Assembly: GCA_043228905.1 (NCBI GenBank)
Contig: JBHGNT010001478.1
Coordinates: forward strand, 1-7,835
Origin: Azolla caroliniana
Lineage: Eukaryota; Plantae; Polypodiophyta
DNA: 7,835 nt
Reading direction: 5' to 3'
Shown: positions 1 through 6,202 of the stretch, in pieces
How the letters are laid out: each line of letters starts with the position of its first letter
How positions within the stretch are numbered: the stretch's first letter is position 1
Position numbers and translations under genes: made by a program
The notes under the pieces: model-generated
Database searches by the model: none
What the model was told of the DNA's origin: nothing
What the model saw: only the letters and a program-made list of their open reading frames with translations

Positions 1-425
1 AACAAATGTTCCACTGCCCTCGCCTAGCTCAAACTGACTAGTCCCATCATTTTGCATAAACTGTTTGACAGGAACACACACTCCGGATGAACAACGCTCG
101 GCCACAACCGAGCCTAGGATAAAACATAGAAAACGGGTAATGAACACACGACACAGTGAAGAGAAGAGTACACAGGATGTTAACGTGGAAAACCCAAACT
201 AGGGAAAACCACGGCAACCCACAGACTGCAAACTATCACTATATCAGAATGTACAATAGTAAAGCACCGAAGCAACGACCTCGAGCTTGCTATCTTCACC
301 ACATGCGGCGGTTACAACAGAGGCAACGACCTCTTCCTCTCTCTCACTCTCTTTGTACACAGTTACGCGCTCTAATCTTTCAGCAACAAGAATGACAACC
401 ACAATACTAAGTTTGCCCTAAGTCA

Positions 426-433
426 TATTTATA
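426..433 (-). promoter_or_regulatory. Putative TATA box of the copia LTR
   Basis: Minus strand TATAAATA, ~250 nt into the LTR, downstream of repeated U3 motifs and upstream of a GA-rich tract (352-331). Confidence 0.6.
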
Positions 434-507
434 CTAATATGACTTTTCGGCTATTTACAAATATAGCCCCGATGGATTCTCAGAAACATATTTACGAATA
501 TGTCCCT

Positions 508-620
508 TCATCCGGCGAGCACTCCTCACCGGGCCTGCATCATCCGGCGCTTGCCGGGCACACGTCATCCGGTTCTCACCGGGTCTTCTGTTGTCGGGTA
601 CTCCACATCCGGTTCCGGCC
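508..620. repeat. Cluster of short direct repeats in copia LTR U3
   Basis: TCATCCGGCG at 508 and 540, (T)CATCCGGTTC at 565 and 606, CTCACCGGG at 525 and 575. Confidence 0.8.
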
Positions 621-688
621 TCGGCCGAGTTTGCTCATCATCACTGTTCTTTTCACTTCCCATCTAGAGGGACCTGTTTCCTAACAAA

Positions 689-698
689 CTCCCCCTTC
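689..698 (-). other. Polypurine tract (plus-strand primer) of the copia element
   Basis: Minus strand reads (GT)GAAGGGGGAG-TT-TGTTAG. This is the typical plant copia PPT, overlapping the pol stop TGA (699-697) and lying 2 nt before the LTR TG. Confidence 0.92.
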
Positions 699-2329
699 AC
701 TCTGGCATGGGATGTCTTACTAGTCCGATCCGCTTCCGACATGCATCCAACTTGTCAGGTATTAGTACTTTGGTCAGCATATCTGACCCGTTCTCGGCCA
801 TGTGGATCTTCATCAGCGCGAACTCTCGATCTTCTACTCGCTCCCGGATCTAGTGATACCTACACTAGATGTGCTTTGTCCTGGAGTGGTACGCTGCGTT
901 CTTAGCAAGGTGGATGACACTTTAATTGTCGCAATAGAGCCGGTATTCATATTGCCGGATATCGAGCTCTTCGATGAAGTCCTTCATCCATAGTATTTCC
1001 TTGCCGGCTTCCACAGCCGCATGTACTCCGCTTCCGTGGTTGACAATGCAACCGTCTTCTGCAGCCTCGACTACCACGAAACAGCTCCCCCTGCATATGT
1101 CATTACATACCCGGATGTAGACCGGCTGGTATCCACATCAGCCGACATGTCCAAATCAGTAAAACCGTCAAGTTGAGGTTTACCGGGGCCAAATCGGAGA
1201 CACATGTTCGAAGTGCCCTTCAAGTACCGGAGTATCCATTTGACCGCGTTCCAGTGCTCCTTGCTAGGATTGTTCATAAACTAGCTCACCACTCCGATTG
1301 CGTATCCTATATCCGGTCGGGTACACACCATTGCGTACATTAAGCTCCCGATGGCAGAGGCATATGGAACCTTCATCATATCAGCCTTCTCTACTTTTGT
1401 TTTCAGGCTTTGCTTACCGGATAATCTACAGTTTGCCGGGAGTGTCGATCCGACCGGTTTCGCTTCTAACATGTTGAACCGCTGAAGCACCTTTGTCACA
1501 TACTTCTCCTGTGACAACCACATTTGCTTCATTGACCGGTTCCGGATGATATGCATCCCCAACATCTGTCTTGCTGGACCCAAGTCTTTCATTGCGAAAG
1601 TTCGGTTGAGAGCCTTCTTCAGCATCCGTATTCTGGCTTGGTCCCGTCCAACGATCAACATGTCATCCACGTACAGAAGGAGTATCAGGAAGTCGCCTCC
1701 TTCGAACTTCTTCACAAACACGTAGTGATCGGCCTTCGTCTTGTGGTACCCTTGATCGGTCATGAAGGAGTCAAACTTCCGGTACCATTGTCGGGGAGCC
1801 TGCTTCAATCCGTACATGCTCTTCTTCAACCGGCATACCAGGTGCTCCTTCCCTTTCTCCACGAATCCTTCCGGTTGCTGCATGTAGATCTCCTCTTCGA
1901 GGTCACCGTGAAGGAATGCCGTCTTCACGTCTAGCTGCTCTACCTCGAGGTCCATGCTTGCCGCTATACTCTGCACTGTCCGGATGGAGGTCATCTTTAC
2001 TACCGGGGCAAATATCTCGTCGAAGTCCACGCCCTTCTTCTGCTGGAACCCCTTCACCACAATCTTGGCTTTGTATCTCGGGGGGTTGCCGGCATCTCCC
2101 GGTTTCAACTTGTACACCCACTTGTTTCGGAGTGCCCGCTTTCCTTTCGGCAACTCCACCAATTCATACGTATGGTTCTCATGCAGGGAATCCATCTCAT
2201 CTTGCATGGCACTTAACCATTTGCGGCTGTGGGTGTCATCCTTCGCTTCTTCGAAGCTTTCTCGCTCCCCCCCATCGGTTAGCAGCACATGCTCTACATC
2301 CGGAAATCTTCGGGGGACCCTTCTCTCTC
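697..2329 (-). pseudogene. pol: Copia pol: reverse transcriptase (RVT_2 type) and RNase H
   Basis: ORF 1281-2288 with YVDD at 1673-1662. In-frame stops at 1283-1281 (VVS*FM) and 1073-1071 (VSW*SRLQ), a 1-nt deletion at ~1020 (EAEYM/AAVEAGKE), stops at 924-922 (CDN*S), 867-865 (TKHI*) and 852-850 (YH*IRE). Natural stop TGA at 699-697. Confidence 0.95.
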
Positions 2330-3327
2330 TGGAGGATATCTCCGTCTTTGGGCTTCGGTAACCGGCTCCTCCATTTTCTCTTCATCCGAATCCGATTCGG
2401 GCTCTTGGCCGGTTCCGGTTTCAGCTTCCTCTGCTTCTTCTTCAGCATGTCTTGTCTCCTCACCGTCACCGGCCGGTTCATCAAGTGCTAACCGGTCTCT
2501 TGTCGGTTTGGTCTGCTCATCATAGAATCGATCCTTACTCGTTGACTTGGAGTTCATTATCTTCTTCTCCGACTCCCAGTCGGTGAGCGTCTTGTCCTTC
2601 ATGAAGATAATATCTGGACTCCGGAATACCTTTTTTTCAACCGGATCCCACACTTGGTAGCCGAACTCATCATCGCCGTATCCGACGAATATGCATGGCC
2701 GGGTCTTTGGATCCAACTTTCCTCTCTGGTCCTTATCAACATGCACGTATGCGAGACACTCGAACACCTTCAGATGCTGGTAGGACACTTCCTTACCGGT
2801 CCATACTCTCTGTGGCGTGTCTTTGTCCAAGGGTACTGAGGGTGATCTGTTTATCACATATGTCGCCGTCGATAGTGCCTCAGCCCAAAACTTCTTGGGT
2901 AATTTTGCATGCGCCAGCATACTCCGGACCCTCTCCATTATGGTCTGGTTCATCCTCTCGGCCAACCCGTTTAGTTCCGGCGGCTTCGGCATAGTAAATT
3001 CGAGCCAGATTCCCTTCGAGCGGCAGTACTCCTCGAACTACCCCCTGTATTCTCCTCCGTTATCTGCTCGAACCGCCTTCAGCTTCCGGCCGGTTTCTCT
3101 TTCCACTCTCGCGTGGAGCTCTTTGAAGATGAATAGCACCTGATCCTTCGTCTTCAACGGTGTAGCCCACAACCTCCTGTTGTGGTCATCTATGAACGTC
3201 ACGAAGTACTGCGATCCTGCATGTGACTTCGTGTCCATTTGACACACATCAGTATGCACCAACTCTAGTGGTGCATTACATCTCATCGGTGGCCTCGATC
3301 GGAAGAAGGTCCGGTTTTGTTTACCGG
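2330..3327 (-). pseudogene. pol: Copia pol: integrase (end of HHCC region, DDE core, GKLD/SH3-like region) and acidic linker
   Basis: One frame from GKQNRTFF (3325) through ORF 3038-3286, an in-frame TAG at 3040-3038 (G*FEEYC), and ORF 2294-2992. Catalytic residues are in HTD, ADNG and AER. A 1-nt deletion frameshift near 2332 breaks YPxRERRVPRRFPDVEHVLLTD. Confidence 0.93.
3323..3327. repeat. Predicted left target-site duplication (ACCGG) of the gypsy insertion
   Basis: The 5 bp immediately before the LTR TG. The right-hand copy is outside the window, so this is not confirmed. Confidence 0.5.
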
Positions 3328-3976
3328 TGTCGTGAAGAAAACCGTCCCTTAGTGCAATCGGTGCATAGCGCGCGTGAACCGGCTCTTCACACGTGCGCGC
3401 CCCTTAATGTATATAATAGAGAATTAAGTACAAAGGCATATCCTAGGTAGTTAGATTCGGTAGGTAGGAAGTTAAGGAGGGAAACGGCTCCCTTCTTGAA
3501 GCTATAAGAGAGAGGGAGATGCGGGGGAAAAGGGATCGCACATTGAGGAGGACGAAGTGCTGTCGGACCGTAACCGAACACTTCTCCTCTGTTTGTTCTC
3601 TATTGCTCTTCTCTGCAGGTTTTCGGGAGGCTCGCGCTGCTTCGAGGAACGCCCGTGTGCTTACGGCAGCACCTCCATCCTATCCCCTTTCGTGCGCAGA
3701 CGAGCAGACATCGACATCTGTTCGCCGACCTGTTCGGTTGTAACCGCTCGCGTGCTCTGTTGTTTTGTGTCATTTGTTAATATACAAACATTCGTGTCTC
3801 TCTGTCTCTGTGTCCATTCGTGTTTTCTGCGTTGACGGGCCATGTCCCTGTGTTTCTTCGCTCATACGTAACCGGTCGTCTCTTTGTTTCTCTTTCCCCT
3901 CCTATCACCTGCTCTTCGGTTCAAGACCCCAGTGGTCCCGCCTCATTTCTCCACGCACGCGCATAGTAACGAGACA
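3328..3976 (+). repeat. 5' LTR of the gypsy element (649 bp)
   Basis: Starts TGTC exactly where the copia reading frame breaks, and ends GACA (4-bp terminal inverted repeat) 4 nt before the PBS. Non-coding composition, with a pyrimidine-rich 3' half and TATA-like motifs at ~3409 (TATATAA) and ~3503 (TATAAGA). Confidence 0.88.
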
Positions 3977-3980
3977 TATT

Positions 3981-3998
3981 TGGTGAACCCGACGTGAA
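3981..3998 (+). other. Primer-binding site complementary to the tRNA-Trp(CCA) 3' end
   Basis: TGGTGAACCCGACGTGAA; its reverse complement TTCACGTCGGGTTCACCA matches the plant cytosolic tRNA-Trp 3' end as I recall it. Confidence 0.88.
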
Positions 3999-4021
3999 AC
4001 AAGGCGGCAGAGGAGCAGAAG

Positions 4022-6148
4022 ATGAGGGGGTCGGATCTTGCAGAGGCCATGGCTTCGGCCGTGGACCGGATAGTGAGCGCGCACGAGGGCACTGGCGCCC
4101 TTGACAGGGCTATTGAGGCGATCGTCGGTATGATCGGCCGGTTCAGTGGAAAGGATGCCATGAGTTATTTGGTGTCCTACCGGGCGGAGATATTGATGAG
4201 GGATATTCTGGAAGAGAGGCGTCTTGCCAGATTCCCTGGAGTGGCGATGCCGGGCATCCATGCGGAGGTGCTCGAGGTCCAGGCGGAGCGCCGGACCTGG
4301 GAGGAGTTCGAAGGACGGCTCCTGGAGAAATACGGGCTGGATGACGCGCTTCGACTTTCGAAGCGGGGCTTCATGGAGTGGGTGGAGTCCCCCGACAAAG
4401 GAAGAAATGCGTCGGCACTCCTCCGGGAGTTTGAGGATCGCTTTGCGCGCCTTTCGGCGCTCGATCGGACCGTTCTGGACACAAGTCATGTCCTACTGTT
4501 TGTCAAATCGGTTGACGCACGGGATCGGGAGCAAGTGGGCTCCTTACTGGAAACCGAAGACGGGCTGACGGCCGACTGGGCTGCGGTAAAAAGAGTCTGC
4601 GGCCGTTTTGACAAACGGTGGGAGTGGGCTGATACAGGGGCAACCGGGACGGGTCCTGTCGCAGCAAGGAAGCTCGAACCGATACCGGAGGTGCGACGGG
4701 AAGAGACCCGGGAGTAGCTCGAAACCGGTTCGGCTTCAATCGGCGTGGTCAGAGGCTCGTCTGGGGGGACAGCTTTGGAGGAGTTGACACGGGCGGTAAA
4801 GGATCTCCAGATCGCCTAGGCTCGGAGGGAAGGTGGCGAACAGGCTCGTGACCGACGGCCTCCGACAGGAAATAGGTGCATGTGGTGCGACGAGGTCGGC
4901 CACATTCGGAAAGACTGCGGGGACTTTGCGGAGGCTTTGAGAAGCTGGGTAGTGTACCTGTGGGAAGGTCGGATGCACGCCAGCGATACCCGGAGGGCCT
5001 TGAACCGAAACGATGAGCGAGGAGGAATGAAAAGGCTGATGGAGGAGGCAGCGGCCAGGCACGCGGAGACCGTCCACTACTCGGCGTCGGCCGGTATTCG
5101 GGTCAGTGGCAGTGAGGCCTGGAAGGAGAGCAAAGTTGGGTTCTGGCCGACGGTGCTGGAAGGCCTCGCCGGTGCCCGACTAAAGAAAGATGAGGCGGAC
5201 CGCGCGGAGAAGTGGGTCCAGGAGGTAACCGGGTGGAGTGACCCGGTCGAAGAAAAGACGGGTTTCGTCGAAGTAGCGTGCCAGAACTACGAGGCTCTGG
5301 TTGAAGACAAACGGGTAGGTAAAACCAGAGGGGCCGGACCCTCACAGAGATACGAAACCCGATTCAGGCCGAAACAGAACGAGGCCGGTGAGACCGGTGC
5401 CCGGGATAACCACAAGAAGGGCGGATACCGGTTGGGCACGGAGATCGAAAGGACCACGGACCTACGAAAGGTCCTAGAAGAACGAATCCTCAACAACAAG
5501 GTGGAACTGTCGTTGCGGGAGGTGCTCGGAATCGCCAAGAAGGAGTTCCACGAATCCATCGTAGACTTGGTGAAGAGGAAGAGGCTGTCGACGGAGACAG
5601 AACCGGAAAGGCCGGTGGAGGTGCGGACGACGCACATGGAGGACATGGCGCTGGAAGACGAGTGGGCGGAGAGCCACTACTCGAGGCCACACTGGGCCCG
5701 AGCGACCACGGAAACCCCGGTGAAGATCGGAGATGTTCAGGAACCGGTGGTGGCGCTGGTGGACCACGGTTCAGAAATAAACCTGATGTCCATGGACTTC
5801 TACAAGAAAGGGAAATGGCCGATCAACACCAAGCACGGGTGGAAGATACGGGCGGCGACTCGCGCCATCGAGGAACTACACAGGGCTTGCCCAAACGTGC
5901 GAGTCAAGATCGGCGACGTCGAGATAGATCAACACTTCTTTGTGCAGGAGACGTCCTCGCACCCGGTCATACTGGGAGAACCGTACATTACGGCAGCGCG
6001 GATGGAGACCAAGGTGCTGGACAATGGGTCGGCTTACGCGAGGGTCAAGAGTCAGGACGGGCGTCATTCGGTCTAGTTCCTGACGGTGCGACCGAACCAC
6101 GAGCGAAACCGCGAGTCCCTCGGTGGCGAGAACCGAGAGGATTTTTAG
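4022..6148 (+). pseudogene. gag: Gypsy ORF1: Gag (capsid-like N-terminus, CCHC zinc knuckle, possibly DUF4100-like region) fused to aspartic protease; ~708 codons with 3 premature TAGs
   Basis: Single frame from ATG 4022 to TAG 6146-6148 (...NREDF*), interrupted by TAG at 4715, 4817 and 6074. CMWCDEVGHIRKDC at 4877-4918, ALVDHGSEINLMS at ~5753-5791, and the downstream VILGEPY protease motif. Confidence 0.88.
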
Positions 6149-6202
6149 AGAGGGCTGTCAAGGCGTGGGGCCACGACAGTCCGGACACTCCGGGAAAACG
6201 CC
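6139..6202 (+). promoter_or_regulatory. Candidate -1 programmed ribosomal frameshift signal
   Basis: Heptamer G_GAT_TTT (6139-6145) in the ORF1 frame directly before the stop. A 6-nt spacer is followed by the stem GGGCTGTC (6152-6159)/GACAGTCC (6175-6182). The -1 frame is open (GFLERAVKAW...). Confidence 0.7.

Larger units (their letters stand above)
66..686 (-). repeat. 3' LTR of the copia element (~620 bp)
   Basis: On the minus strand it starts TGTTAGGAA at 686, right after the PPT. The far end TGACAGGAA (+ strand 66-74) gives a 7/9 terminal inverted match; TGTT at 62 is an alternative end. It contains a TATA box and the CGTGGAAAACCC...GGGAAAACCACG motif I recognise from plant copia LTRs. 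The second LTR is not in the window. Confidence 0.75.
66..3327 (-). mobile_element. Ty1/copia LTR retrotransposon, 3' half (INT-RT-RH-PPT-3'LTR), Tnt1/Tork-like, degenerate; interrupted at 3327/3328 by a gypsy insertion
   Basis: Copia domain order INT>RT>RH on the minus strand. Motifs: LELVHTDVC, FVTFIDD, VRADNGGEY, NGLAERMN, GKLDPK, QLDVKTAFLHG, YGLKQAPRQW, LLYVDDMLI, VPYASAIGSLMYAMVCTRPDI, ALSTTEAEY, SDMLTK. PPT and LTR follow. The left boundary is uncertain (62 or 66). Confidence 0.95.

Noticed and set aside
1-65. Flank with a short open minus-strand frame (QFMQNDGTSQFELGEGSGTFV)
   Set aside because: Too short to identify; it could be host DNA or a third element.
505-625. CRISPR-like array
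   Set aside because: Repeats are only 7-11 bp, irregularly spaced, inside a eukaryotic LTR.
156-993. Plus-strand ORFs 156-395, 439-684, 591-905, 802-993
   Set aside because: Antisense to the copia LTR and RNase H, short, and with no recognisable motifs.
2320-2340. Copia INT/RT frameshift as programmed recoding
   Set aside because: Copia pol is normally a single frame here; a 1-nt loss restores the YPxRERR-type linker and there is no slippery heptamer.
1551-3143. Several plus-strand ORFs up to 191 aa
   Set aside because: Shadow ORFs antisense to copia pol; no independent evidence.
3981-3998. tRNA gene
   Set aside because: Only 18 nt complementary to a tRNA 3' end including CCA, with no cloverleaf; it is a PBS.
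3905-4489. 194-aa minus-strand ORF spanning the LTR end, PBS and gag
   Set aside because: Antisense frames are often open in GC-rich coding DNA and there are no domain features; it cannot be supported as an antisense gene.
4715-4819. In-frame TAGs as programmed readthrough sites in gag
   Set aside because: There are two stops before the zinc knuckle, with no readthrough context; TGG/CAG-to-TAG decay is the simpler explanation.
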